A DNA stretch of 64,000 nt from Oikopleura dioica (Eukaryota > Animalia > Chordata), in assembly GCA_907165135.1 (NCBI GenBank), contig OU015570.1, positions 744,001 through 808,000 on the forward strand, in the 5' to 3' direction. Positions 46,764 through 58,746 of the stretch are shown here, one piece after another (position 1 is the first letter of the stretch; each line of letters starts with the position of its first letter). The notes under the pieces are model-generated. The model saw nothing but the letters and a program-made list of their open reading frames with translations. It was not told the DNA's origin and did not search any database. Position numbers and translations under genes: made by a program.

Positions 46764-49700
46764 GGGGCTCGGAGAATGGCGTTCCTAAAACTTTTTTTAA
46801 GGAACCGTTCCTAAATTTTAGGAACCGTTTCTTATTTTTAAGAACCGTTCTAAAAATTTTAAGCGAAAATCGGGAGAATGGCGTTCCTAAATTTTAGGAA
46901 CGGTTCCTAAATTTGCGTAACCGTTCCTAAAGTCACGAGTAAGCGTAAGGGGTAGGGTTAGGGTTAGGCCTCGAAAACGAGTTTTTCCTTCAAATCAGGC
47001 GCGGAGCGCATGCAGACTCTAAGAATAATTCGTTAAAACTATTTATTTTCGCCAAGTTTTCTCTAAAAAAGGTTAGGGTTCTATATATTTAGGACTTTCA
47101 CGGAAAAATCAAGGTGCTCCGATAACTGTGAAAATTTATCATCTAGTACTTTTTTTTTGCTGATTCCAAATATGTACTTAATTTTTACATAAATCCACAT
47201 GGTGGCGCGTGAGAGCGCTTCAAACTTTCGAAGATGGCACCCCTTATACTAGCCTTTCAGGTTATTTATTTCATTCCAAAGATGGTTTGAATAAAGTAAT
47301 CTTGCCATCAAATCTCTTTCTTGTGATATTTTCTCGAAAGAGCTCACTATTTAAGACTTTAATAAGCTTGAAAAGCTCTCAGAACAAGCATTTATTTTTA
47401 GCGCTGTCTCACAGCGAGCGCGCGCTAATCTTAATCAATTCACTGAGCGGAAATAAGAATAAATAGTTTATCAGTATTAGGCAGTAAAAACAGCTGTTAT
47501 CATTAAATCAGAGTTCTTTGGCGATTTTTCTTCTTTTCGGAAGCGACGACCTGAGAGGCGTTTTGTTCTCCTTCTTCAATTCCTTTTTCAGTTGTTTTTC
47601 AGCTTTTTCCTTTTCAATCGATTCTCGGCGCTTTGCGGCGAATTCTTGTAGCTTGAGCTGAGTTGCGATTCTTGCCAAACGGTTGTTTTGAAGAGCTTTC
47701 TTTCCATCAATTTTCTGGCAAAGTGATTTCATCTCGGAGTCGGTCAAGTTATCCAAGTAGAATTCGAGGTTGCTCTTTCTGGCGATCGTTAGCTGAATCA
47801 CTGTTTCAGTTGTGGCTGAAGCCTTGTCTAGTTCAGCCTTCTTGAAGATTCCAAAAACAGACTCAGCAAATCTGTTGACGCAGACATAGTGGCCACGAAC
47901 TGTCAGCGACTTGTAGTGATTGAGGTCTTTGTCAATCTTGTACTCAATTTTCTTGACTAAGGCTCTGGCAGCATCGTCAACGGCCTTTCGAATGGTCGGG
48001 CTTCTTGGAGCATTCACATGAACGTCTTGCTTTCTAAAAATCGGGTGAAAACTGAAATTTGGCTGATTAAAGCCTCAAATTTGGCTGTTCTCAGAACAGC
48101 CCTTTTGAGAAGATCAAGGCTGAGTAAAGCCCCTTTTGGTGAAAATTTTTACTTTTGGCCAGATAAAGCCCATATTACCTGTAATAGTCCCTGGATTTTC
48201 CACTCGCAAGTCGGTAAAGATCGTCAAAGGGATTTTCCGATGAAAGAATCTGCTTGACTTCCTGCGCGCAGCCTTCCATGGTGCTGATGACATCTTCGAT
48301 TCTTGAATCTTCCTCTTCTGCTTTTCTTATTATCGGACCACAGAAAGTCGACCAGATGAAGACAGGTACCGCGATTTCCAGCATTGCTCCTTCTTGGCCG
48401 AGTAGTTCACAAAGGTTCTTGGCGCGTGTGTTTTTCTCCTTGTTTTTCTCAAGGGATGACATGACAGCGTCGTAATGAAGCAGAAGATTTTGCGCATTTT
48501 GTCGACCTGTCCCCATTCTGCTTCCAAGATCAGTTGTGAATGGAAATTTTTCTCTCGATTCACCTCGGGCCATCAATTCGTCCACCAGCCTAAAAGCTTT
48601 GAATTTCAATGAATACTTGAAATAGATTTACGTTCGCTTAATGTCGTCCCTATGGAATCCAGAATCCTTAGGAGATCCAAGTAGCATTTTGGTCTCCTTT
48701 AGAATTTGCTGGCCTCGCTCAGAAAGGCCTTCTTGGCACTTTTTATCGAGGTTTGACGCTGTATGCATGACTCACCAGAGGACTTCGACGATTGCATTTG
48801 GATCTTCTTTCTGGACTTTGATGTAGTCAACAAGACGACTGTTCGCGTTGAGCTGGCCGGTGAACGTATCTGATAGAATCGTGTCCGCCTTCGACCAGAT
48901 CGCATGTCCGGTGTTCTTTTCTTGTTCGATGCTGGCGATGATGGCTTGTGAAGTATTCTCACCGTCCTTTCCCTGGCCGATCAGAATATCGTAAAGAATC
49001 TGCTCCTTTCGTTCATTGATGAGCGTAATATTGATAATATCAATATTGGCCTTGGCTGTTGTCTAAATTTGGATTATTGTCTGAGTAAAGCCCTCAAATG
49101 GGCTGTTCTAAGACAAGCCCCAAAACTTACCCCGTCAGTTCCGATCGTAAGACGATTCGAATTTGATACGAATTCTTCAATCTGCGACCTGGAGGCGAGA
49201 GGTATTTGCTCTCTGAAGCGATGCATAGTGGCGATTGATGGGGAGGCTCGAACTTTACCGTCTAGCTCGCAAAATTCTTTGAATCTGTTGTGGTAGCGGT
49301 TGTTCATTCTCTGTATCGCGGAAACAGGGTCGCCAGTAGAAACTTGAGTCAGAAGTTCCATTCTCGCTTCTACAGACAGCCTCGGATTATTGGAACCCTT
49401 GCCCTTCGTCGTCCCCTTTTCTTGTGACTCCTTCACGAAAAATTTACTGGCTTGGAGTTGACTTCTTGATGTTGAGGGTCCCGCTTCAGCTTTTTTCTCC
49501 GATTCTTCTTCTGATTCGCAATAGGTACCATTTGTTTCTGCTGCTTTCCGTTTTCTTTTTGCAGCTGCGATCGGGTTTTCTTTCTTCGGGGGAAAATCTT
49601 GCGAGCCTGAAATTTGCGTTACTGGATGCTTGATTTTTTGTTAAAATTTACCTCCATTTCGAAAAAGACGAGTAGCTTTCTCAGTAAATCTCTTTGGATG

Positions 49701-50704
49701 TGGTCTCTCTGGAAAAAAGAAGTTTTCTTCGTCATTCTTCACAGCTCTGATGAATCGGTGAAGAATTCTGCAATTTCCTTTCCCGAAGAACTTCTTCTCT
49801 TTGTCAGCGTCGATCTCTTCTCTTGTTGTTAAACCCTTTTCAATTCATTTATTTTCTGCTTTTTCTAATGTCAAGAACATATTTAGGAATAATACATTCC
49901 ATTAAAACACTGGGCAGGCAGGAAATAAACATCGAACCACCTGTTTTTGTCACCTCGCAATAGAAGGTTCGGACCGCGCTGCGGGCGATTCAGCTTGGCG
50001 CTTCGAGCGCGCACCGAGAGTACTCTAGTTATCTGACGATTGTGGGCGACAGGAGGGACCAGGAAAATTTATTTTTTGAGAGAAGAGCGATGAATGTTTG
50101 ATTAATAACATATCGAAAAATGAGCGTCCGGCCAAGATCGGCTCTATATGATTTACCCCTTCGAAAAGTAAATTTAATGTTTTTGATTATTTTCAATCTT
50201 TTTTTGCCATTTTTTTTCTTATATTTGGAATCAGCAGGTAAGATTACATATAACTCCTAAAAATCAAAAAGAAAGGATCAATATTTCGGGTGGTTGGGGA
50301 AGCGAAAATGGGGCCCTCGCGCTCCCGTGATAGTCCCTATATATATTTTTGACTTTTCTCGCCTGAAAACTCATTGCAAGAAAGCTTTAAGGGTAAAACG
50401 ATCTTTCTTTAAGAAAGGTTAGGGTTTAATAGTTTTTGACTTTTCAAAGTAGTATAAATATATTTTTTTTTTCAAAAAAGGGTCGGTTTGAAACAGGTTA
50501 ATTTCTCCGTGGCTGGTTGCAAACTAATGAAAATCAGCATAAAAAATCATTTCTAGAATAGAGGTTTAGGAACGGTTCCTAATTTTTAAGATATTTTCAT
50601 TTTTTAGGAACGAGGATTTTTGGAGAATCGCGTTCCTAATTTTAGGAACCGTTCCTAAATTTAGGAACCGTTCCTAATTTTAGGAACGCCATTCTCCTAC
50701 CCCC
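46764..50704 (-). mobile_element. 3941-bp cut-and-paste DNA transposon, 8-bp TSD, G-rich TIRs with palindromic subterminal repeats
   Basis: TSD GTCCAAAC at 46756-46763 and 50705-50712. Ends GGGGCTCGGAGAATGGCGTTCCTAA and the reverse complement of GGGGGTAGGAGAATGGCGTTCCTAA. Arrays of TTAGGAACSGTTCCTAA. Excision restores the RT frame. Confidence 0.95.
47508..49880 (-). pseudogene. Five-exon DDE transposase (about 690 codons, two premature TGA)
   Basis: GT-AG introns at 49607-49651 (45 nt), 49063-49130 (68), 48590-48631 (42) and 48034-48178 (145) join the frames into 2073 nt. Motifs TIGTDG|TT, ILSDT, W*VMH (CxxH position) and NRFAESVFG. TGA at 49845-49847 and 48772-48774. Confidence 0.8.
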
Positions 50705-52290
50705 GTCCAAACACGCTTGCTGCTTCCGTTTTTGAGGTCGGCTGTCGTTATTCTCGAACAGCTTTTGTTTTTCCAGGATTTGGGAAGCAGAACCCATTTT
50801 CGATAACCGCTCCACAAAATTTGATTCATTTTTTCAGAAATTCTGTCTTCGCGGCTCTTATTGTTCCGGCGGAGGACCGATAATACTTTCTCGATGATTT
50901 CTAGGTTCTTTTCGTATGACTGTGAGTGAAGGCACAGATCGTCCAGGTAAATCGCAAGTTCACTACTCAGGATTTCATTAAAAATTTTGTCCATCATTCT
51001 TTGAAAAACGGCTGGGGCATTCTTTCCCCCCATTGGCATCGCAGTCCAAGTGAACTGACCAAAGTCGGTCGTGATGGCGATTTTCTGCTTTGTTTCGTGA
51101 TCGCAGGGAATTTGATGAAAGCCCGTGAAAAGGTCGGCTGTAGAGAAGACTGATGATTCTGACATTTGGTCGATGAGGCCATCGATGTCTGGCAATGGAT
51201 ACTGATTCGCTATAGTCACCTGGTTTAATTTCCTATAGTCGCAAACAAGCCTCCATTTACCATTTGCTTTCTTAACAAGAAGAACAGGAGCAGCCCAAGG
51301 ATTTGAGCATGGTTCTAGAAGTCCAGACGAGATATTTGCGTCGATAATTCGTTTCATCTCCTTTCGAAGAAAGTATGGTGTTTGATAACGTTGTGAAGCA
51401 ACAGGTGCGGCGCTTCCTGTGTCGATGCTATAGGACATTGCTTCTAATGTGCCGAGTTTTTCATCTTCGACGGGAAATCTATCTGTGTAATTATAGACGA
51501 TTACGTCTTACTTTCTTCTTATTTTTGGTGGGGCATCGCCGATTGAGAGCTCATTCATGATTGCCTCGAATTTTCCTTCCGTTGCTTCATCTGGTAGTCT
51601 CACTTCGACCTCGTTGATTCGACAAACGACTGAATTTTTACAGATGTTGATCGGTACCGCAGAATTGTTCGCGATGTGAATTCGTGCGTGATTTTGAAGG
51701 CTGCTCAATTGAATACACTGGTCGTAAACTTCGAGGGTTATATTTTTGTTGATGGATTCCGGTAGAGCACAGATAAAGCTTGTGGGTAATTCGGAGAGGT
51801 TGACATTGATGAAAAACGATGATTTTGGCTGGATTGTGACTTGTGAGACGGATGTCGCGGTTGTTGAAAAGAACTGGGATTTCGATATGGCTTTGATGCC
51901 AGCAGCCCGACTTTTGCATATGATGATCGGCTCGGACGTGTTGCCTTGTCGAAGGCAGCTGGCTCGTAGGTCGATAAGAAAATTGTTTTCGGATAGCTCG
52001 GGAGTACCGAGGATGGGCGAACAATGGTCTCCTACAATTTGAAATATACAATTTTTAAGTATTAGCTGTTCTATTTCCAAATTGGCGGAGAGGCAGCCAT
52101 TGAATTTCATTTCCATTCTACGATTGTAGCTGTATGGATGATGGGATGATAGATTTCTGCAGCGAGGGAGGGATAAGGGAGCGGGGGATACAGGACATCT
52201 AGGCGCCGGTATCTAGTTGAAACGTTGTTTGCTGTCCATAAATTTTTGCGCGATTAAGAAGTTTTGGGCCGACTCGATCCATAATAGACG
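50705..52290 (-). pseudogene. pol: pol 5' part of element 2 (protease, RT)
   Basis: FQLDTGA*MSCIP; PWAAPVLLVKKANGKWRLVCDYRKLN; DLFTGFHQI; MPMGGKNAPAVFQR; YLDD. Confidence 0.92.
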
Positions 52291-52335
52291 AGACAGAAGC
52301 GTGGATTCTATCTGACGAATGATAAAGTCCGGAGA

Positions 52336-53361
52336 TTAGTTTTTTGGCTGTCGGGACGGGCAGATGTCCTTGATGTGACCTCGTTGATTGCAGATGTGGC
52401 AAATGACTGTTCCTCTACAGTTCCTCTTGGAGTGCCCCTTCATTCCGCAGGAATAGCAGGTGATAATTGTACCATCACGTCGTCGGTCAAGCTGAGCTCG
52501 CGGTCGTTCTTGGTAGTATTGATTCGTTTGGGGAGCAGTAAATTGAGCCGTCGTGTTGATCGCGTTTTGCTGCTCCGTCGTCTGTCGATTGGGATTGAAA
52601 CTTTCTCGTGAAGATTGTCGAGGAGTAGCCTTAACCTTGTTAATCTCCGCAAGTTCCATTTTGAGCGCGTCCATTTTTACGTCCATCTTGGAAAGAAGTT
52701 GAGAGAAAGAAGCAGATTCGAGTCATAATGCCGAGACTTCTTCCTTTAAGAGTGTGTTTTCCATGCTGACAGCACATATGTCGACGCGACGTTTGAATTT
52801 TTTCATCTTGTCTAAGTATTCGGCAATTTGTTTTGGAGTTTTTGATGACTGTCCTTGGTCCAGAATGTATCGCTTGAGGTCCGGTGTCAGGTTTGCGTTG
52901 AAGGATTCCTCTAGAAAATGTTCTTTCAGCACGTCTTTACCTTTACTTGCTAGAGTGGCAAGTTTTTCGATTCGGGTATAGAATCTTGTGAAGGTTTCGT
53001 CCTCGTCAGCTCGTCTGGTGATGTTTTAGAGTTTCTTTCGAGCCTCCCTCGCTAGTTCCTCTGGCTTTTCTTCTCAAATGATCTGGTGAAGCAATGTGTA
53101 AAAGTCGGTTGAGCCTTTGACATCTTCAAATTCGTCTTCGTATCTCTCTCGAAATGTTCGATCAAGATGGGAGAGGCAGATTCGTCGGCGTGTGCTCTTG
53201 AACTGTGCTTCAAAAACGGTCTTCGTTTCTTCGTTTATCTTGTGCTCGGCCAATGACGCCCTGAAGATCAAGCCCATTCTTTCCAATTTCTCTTTCAGCT
53301 CAGTCTCGATTCTCTTGAGTTGTGTCTTTGTAGTCCTTGTCGTTATCTTAGTCTCTGGCAT
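52336..53361 (-). pseudogene. gag: gag of element 2
   Basis: ATG 53361 (MPETKI...), in-frame stops, C-terminal CYSCGMKGHSKRNC and CHICNQRGHIKDIC knuckles. Confidence 0.85.
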
Positions 53362-53423
53362 CGAATTATTCGTGAAGTCCTTAAGAAGTTCGATTGGGTG
53401 TCGAATCGCATAGTTGGTCACCA

Positions 53424-53725
53424 TGATACGGCTGTAAAAGAGCAAAAGGAGAAATTGAACCTTTCGATTGGTTTTATTGTGAAATTGAATAATTTTGTCT
53501 TGGCAGAGCTGCTTATAAGGGGTCAGAAATGCGTCGAGCGTAAAATCAGCTGGGTGAAGTGGGTCAATTGGTCAATGATTCGAATCAGCGGGTCGTCACT
53601 CCCACGATTGGAATCCGGTTGGCGCGCAGATAAATAAGAATAAGAAAGGCATGCTGTAAGGCGTAAAATTCATATATAAAATATTTACAAAATATAAAGT
53701 TTTTCTACAGTCGTGTCAGCCATCA
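53424..53725 (-). repeat. 5' LTR of element 2 (inferred; no second copy in the window)
   Basis: TG..CA ends with imperfect inverted termini (TGATACGGCTG / CAGCCATCA), TATA-like and AATAAA motifs on the minus strand, and it abuts the PBS. Confidence 0.65.
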
Positions 53726-54099
53726 GTCATCGGCGGGTTTTGAAATCGTGAAGTTGGCATTGAAGAGAAAAGTTTTCTAGAATGTCGGTGCAGTGAGTCA
53801 TTGTCATGAGCTTGGGAAGGACTGAATTTGTCAGGCGATGCAAGTTCTATCGTTTGCGGGCTTGGCGAAGTCGATCGGTCGAGTAGTCGTCTTTTTATGG
53901 CTGAACAAGCGTGATTTTTCGAAAATTTTGTCCGAACAATTTTTCTGGAGCTCAACAATTTTCTAGAACCATGATGAATCATCGGATCGTGCTGGTTGAC
54001 GGCTTAAAATGTTGCTTCTGGTTATGTCCTTCGGGTCCAATTTGCAGAAATTGAATTCAAATAAAATATAGAAACTAAATTCATAAAAGCATTGTGAAG

Positions 54100-55482
54100 T
54101 CATCATCAATGGATGTCCTTGTCAATTTTACATCACACCGTCTAATTTAATGAATGTTGGTGTGTTTCAGGGAGAAGTGGTCAATAATTTTTAAATGATT
54201 AAATAACAGATATTACTGAAATATCGACCTCAAACAAAGCACTATCTGCTTACGATTATGAATTACGAACCCTGGCAGATGATGCTGATCTGTGACAATC
54301 ATCGTTCACACAAATTGAACGGAAACGTTCACACCCGCTTGATAATGGAGACTCTGACTCCTGGAAGTACTTCAAAATCACAGGAAGGGCTGGATAATTT
54401 TAAATCACCGAAAATCTCAAATCACATTTTGTCTGAAATCTCATTTCCATTTCAAAATTTCGCATCATCTCAGCAAATCTCAAATCTCAGAATTTTCGCA
54501 ACATCCTAGCCATTGTTACCATATTTCTGAGATTGCTTAGATCTCAAAATTTCAAATCTCAACATTTTGCAAACCGGGCAGGGGTCGCGGATAAACTTCG
54601 CGCGCCAAAAACAAGACTCGTGATTGGTTCAGATAGGTCTGAAATGCTTGAGATCTCAAAATCTCAAATCTCAATTCATTGCAACGCGCGAATCTAATTC
54701 ACGACGTTACTTGAGAAAAATGCGATCTCAGCATTTCAAATATCATTTCGTTGCAAAATTAAAAATTGAGATTTCAAACAGAAAATTTATTAAGATCTCA
54801 TTTTTGAAATGGATGAGATGGCTGATTCATATTATTTAGGGGTTTGAGATTTTTGTTGATTTCAAAATATCCAGCCCTGATCACAGGTATCATCAGACTT
54901 TAAATCATCATTTTACAATTAAAAAATAACAAATATTTTAAGCCGTGCGATCAAATGGTAAATCTTTGGCTGAAGAATAAACTGAAGACTGCTGTTGCTT
55001 TGTATGGTGCTCGCCTTGGTCCACTTCGAGGAGCGTGTCCAACACGAACGTGGGTTATCAATAAGGTAAAAGAAAAGGAGAGCTTTGAATTTATTTTATA
55101 TAGGCATTCGAATTGATGCTTCAAATTCCGAAAGAAATTATTGACGCCTCTTGGAGAAAAGTGAACCTCGAGCATCCGATGACCAATCAAGACTTTATTT
55201 TCGAGGAAGAAGATGATGAAGAATTTGATGCTGAAAATGGAGAATTCGAAGGTGGGGCTGAGGTGGAAGGAGAAGAAGAAGGTGCTGGGAATGAAAGGCG
55301 GAGATGGTGCTCAATTGGAAGAAGAGATGTTGGTTGCTGAGATTAATTGGGAAGAAGTTGGTGCTGAGAATGAAAATTACGGTGGTGCTCAAATTGAAGA
55401 AATTGATGAGGAAATGGAAGAAGAATGGAACATGGATATTGGACAAGAAGAGATTCAAGAAATCGAAGATTTGGAGGATTAA
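54100..55482 (+). pseudogene. Degenerate pogo/DDE_1-type transposase remnant
   Basis: MLICDNHRSH, TPGSTSKSQ, GIIR.FK (after removing the hAT MITE), IIDASWRK and an acidic tail. Confidence 0.6.
54385..54879. mobile_element. hAT-like MITE
   Basis: (C/A)AGGGCTGGATA ... TATCCAGCCCTG termini; TSD ATCACAGG at 54377-54384 and 54880-54887. Confidence 0.8.
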
Positions 55483-55949
55483 GTTTTCGGAAAAACTGCC
55501 TTATTTTGGATTATTACTGTATTTTTTTTATTGAAAAAAGAACGAATTAAAAGAATTAAATAGAAAAATTGAATTCGATACATTTTATGATAATTTTATT
55601 TCTAAAAATTTCTCTTCAAAAAAAACTTTGTTCAAATTCATTTTCTGAAGCATTTTCAAAAAGGCGCGCATGGACCTTCGACGAATCAGAGCGCCCGTCA
55701 GTGTTATGTGTGGTTACTAGCCTGACAAGAACAACCCAGACTCTGATGAGATTTTTTCCGCTTTCCAACACCCCATCAGTAGGTCACTTGCTTATTTTTT
55801 TTCGAAGATTTCTTTGCAATCATGAAGCTTAGAACTTCCGAGACTTTTTTTGTGTTAATCACCCGGTATTGATTCCGTGTACTGGGTCAAAGCAAGCTCC
55901 CACTGAGATTATGGCTCGCTTATGCTTTTCGGGCTCCCCGTGCAGCGTG

Positions 55950-57080
55950 TAAAGCACTAGCGCGCCGTCATTTTAACTTACTTATCTGATGATTGTGGCC
56001 GACTAGTAGAACCAAGTAAATTTATTTTTTGAGATTAAGCAGAAGGGTTTGATAAAGAACATATCGAAAGAAGCGTGACGTAGCTAGGCATGCTCTATAT
56101 AATTCACCTCTTTGAAAGATAAATTTCGTGTTTTTCATAATATTCAAATTTTTTTTGTCAATTTTCAATCATATTTGGAATCAGCAGGTAAGAAAACATA
56201 CTGTATGTTACATACAGTGATAACCCATTTTAAAGCCCACCATTTTTAGGCCATTTTTTACAACCTTTTCAACAGGCATTTATAGCGAAACTTCTCGATC
56301 AAAATCTTCGCTGAATTTTTTTAAAAACAACTCGGGCTGCGCTTTCAAAAGAAAACTGTCAATACGATTTGTTTTAAATACAGTGATAACCCATTTTAAG
56401 GCCCACCATTTTTAGGCCATTTTTTGAAAAAATCCGAAAACAGTTTACCCGCTAAATTAAGCGAAAAAATGAGGTTTCTTCATCGCTATCAGGATAAGAT
56501 TCAGCCCGAAATAATCAGAACTACAGTTGGTCCTCGATTGATTCGAGAATCTAGCGTTGCAACTGTACGCTTTTAATCTTTATAAGAACTTTATAGTGCA
56601 GCAAATTTAAATAGAATTTCAAATTTAAGATTTCTGTTCTTCTGTGGAGAATCAGTTGGAATTTTCTTAACTTTGAATAGCAAAAATCATTCAATGATTT
56701 GTCTTTTGGTTCTCACGTATTAGAAGTTTTATTTGTCTTACTACAACATCAACAGTCTTTCAATTTAAGGATCAAAGCTGATCTTTCGATTCAAAATCTT
56801 AATATACTCTTCTTTCTTCCTTGTGGCTGTTTCTGAACGAGTTCAGCAGGCCAAAGGCGAGAATTTGCAGTAAATCCTGTTTTATGCCGAACAAAAAAAA
56901 ATTGTAATCCGGCTCAGCCCGAAAAATGTCCGTTTTAAGGCCACTTTTGAGATTCGCTGTCATCCAAAAATCGGCCTTAAAATGGATTTTCACTGTATTT
57001 GCATGAAAGAAAAAAAGAAAAAAGAAAAAGAAGAAAAGAAAAGCGAAAATTGGGCTCTCGCGCTCCCGTGATAGTCCCTT
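55950..57080. repeat. Relic related to the non-coding right part (about 50010-50340) of the 3.9-kb transposon, split by MITE 56215-56995
   Basis: Shared blocks TTATCTGAYGATTGTGG, ATATTTGGAATCAGCAGGTAAGA and GCGAAAA.TGGG..CTCGCGCTCCCGTGATAGTCCCT. Confidence 0.65.
56215..56995. mobile_element. Tc1/pogo-type MITE
   Basis: TA|CAGTGATAACCCATTTTAA ... TTAAAATGGATTTTCACTG|TA. Confidence 0.7.
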
Positions 57081-57953
57081 CTTAAATTATATTTCCCTTT
57101 TGGGGCTCTAAAAATTTTTTTTATGTCCGACCCTAGTCCAAAGTTTGATCAGATATTGGCATAAGACCACCAATTAATTTTTACAAATTTTTACAATTTT
57201 GGAAATCTTTACTCGTGAACAACTTTACTGCATAATGGCAAAATACCAAATAAATACAGGGCTTTTGTGGATTTTCTTAAGAAATTTTTGCTGTGATTTA
57301 TCCCGTTAAATAAAGGTTATTTATTGGCAGTCTTTATTTGGGACAAGTGTTGCTCATTTATTGAGCTAAGCAAAAATAGCAATCGTTCAGCTCAGCAATC
57401 TTTGGCCAGCTCAAGATGTATAGTGGTCAGTAGTCGGGCTAGCCCGCTCAGTCATTTTTGAGAGAACTGACCTCAGACCAATAATTGTCTTCACAATGCC
57501 AGGTAAGGTCAGAATAAACTATAACAATATGAAAATCTTTCGATGTTGGATTTGCCGATTAAGATTTGGGTTATGAAGAGAAATTTCTAAACCTTCGACT
57601 TGTTTTTTCTTGTCGTAGGATATGTTTTTGTGCAATATAGTGAACATTGAACTGAGGTACTTAAATCGCGACCTAAAATTATTTTGCTCATATTTTTCTG
57701 TAAATCCTGTCTGAAAAACTTCACAGTCTTTTGTATAAGAGTAAACAGCTGTATCTTTTGATTTATGTTGGTGATCTTTTAGGGACTGGATTTATGACTG
57801 TTTTATTTGGACGCGAAGAACCTTTTGGGAAACAAGGAGCTTGCAAATGCGTGGTTTATTGAGGAAAACAGCCCGGACATGGACAAAGTGGCAGTAGAGA
57901 GAAGTGTAATTAAGAACCGGTTGTACATGTGAAAAATAGTTGGGCGGATGGTT

Positions 57954-58498
57954 CGGGGAGCTACGACTCGCCGGGATTTTCAGGACTTGCCGGGACCTTG
58001 CATAATAAATCCCGGCGAGTCGTAGCTGGTCTAGAAATTCTGATATAAATACCCTCAATCATTCTAAAATAAAGGTTAGGATAAAAGTTTTACCAAATTT
58101 AGCTTTGCAAAACTGATGAAAGTTTACTTGAAATATTTTTTCTTTATAACAGAAGACATTATTTATTGTTAAATTTTGTTTTTAACTGTGTGTTTAGTTG
58201 TTTGACAGTGAGATTTGGTTGAAGCATCGTGTAAGTTTGTATTTGTGTGATTTTTCTATTTTAATGTTAGGGTTAGGGGTTCAAAAATATTTAACTGCCA
58301 ATCATATTTGTTTCGATAATATTCTATTAATAACGATCGAACAAAAACAATAATCGGCGAATTTTTCACTTTTTTACTTCCGTAGAGTTCTGTTATCTAG
58401 AGTTTCTAAAACATCAGCTACGACTCGTCGGGATTCTGCACATCTAATCCCGGCAAGTCGTAGCTCGGCCAGAAATCCCGGCGAGTCGTAGCTCTCCC
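57954..58498. mobile_element. MITE, 8-bp TSD
   Basis: TSD GGATGGTT at 57946-57953 and 58499-58506, TIR GG.GAGCTACGACTCGCCGGGATTT, internal TTAGGGTTAGGG. Confidence 0.8.
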
Positions 58499-58746
58499 GG
58501 ATGGTTTGCTGTGAAATATGCACATTACCGCGCATTCACCCATGAATGTGCGCGAGGTTTTGGTTGATAAATGAGGACTTGAAAGTGGTTTATATGGTAA
58601 AATATTAGTCAAAAGTCCAAAACCCAATAATCTATGATTCTCATTTTTAAAAAATCTGATTCTTCGATATACAGTATATCATATACAGTGAAACCCCAAC
58701 TTAAGGCCACTTTTTGGATGACAGCTAATTTGAAAAGTGGCCTTAA

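Larger units (their letters stand above)
44085..53725 (-). mobile_element. Older Ty3/Gypsy LTR element 2 (5' LTR, gag, pol; no 3' LTR found), interrupted by a DNA transposon
   Basis: LTR 53424-53725, PBS TGGTGACC at 53416-53423, gag with two CCHC knuckles, PR LDTGA, RT YLDD, RNase H, integrase, and multiple nonsense codons. Confidence 0.9.

Noticed and set aside
56799-56900. Possible upstream IQCA1 exon (GIKQDLLQILAFGLLNSFRNSHK)
   Set aside because: Similarity to the expected LDVRQLITLYGIWPLGS region is weak, the segment lies inside a pogo-type MITE, and splice sites are not evident.
58108-58142. Hammerhead-like CTGATGA-AAGT-TT-ACTT-GAAA-TATT
   Set aside because: Stem II lacks the G-C closing pair and has a 2-nt loop; all pairing is A/T in AT-rich DNA, so it is likely chance.
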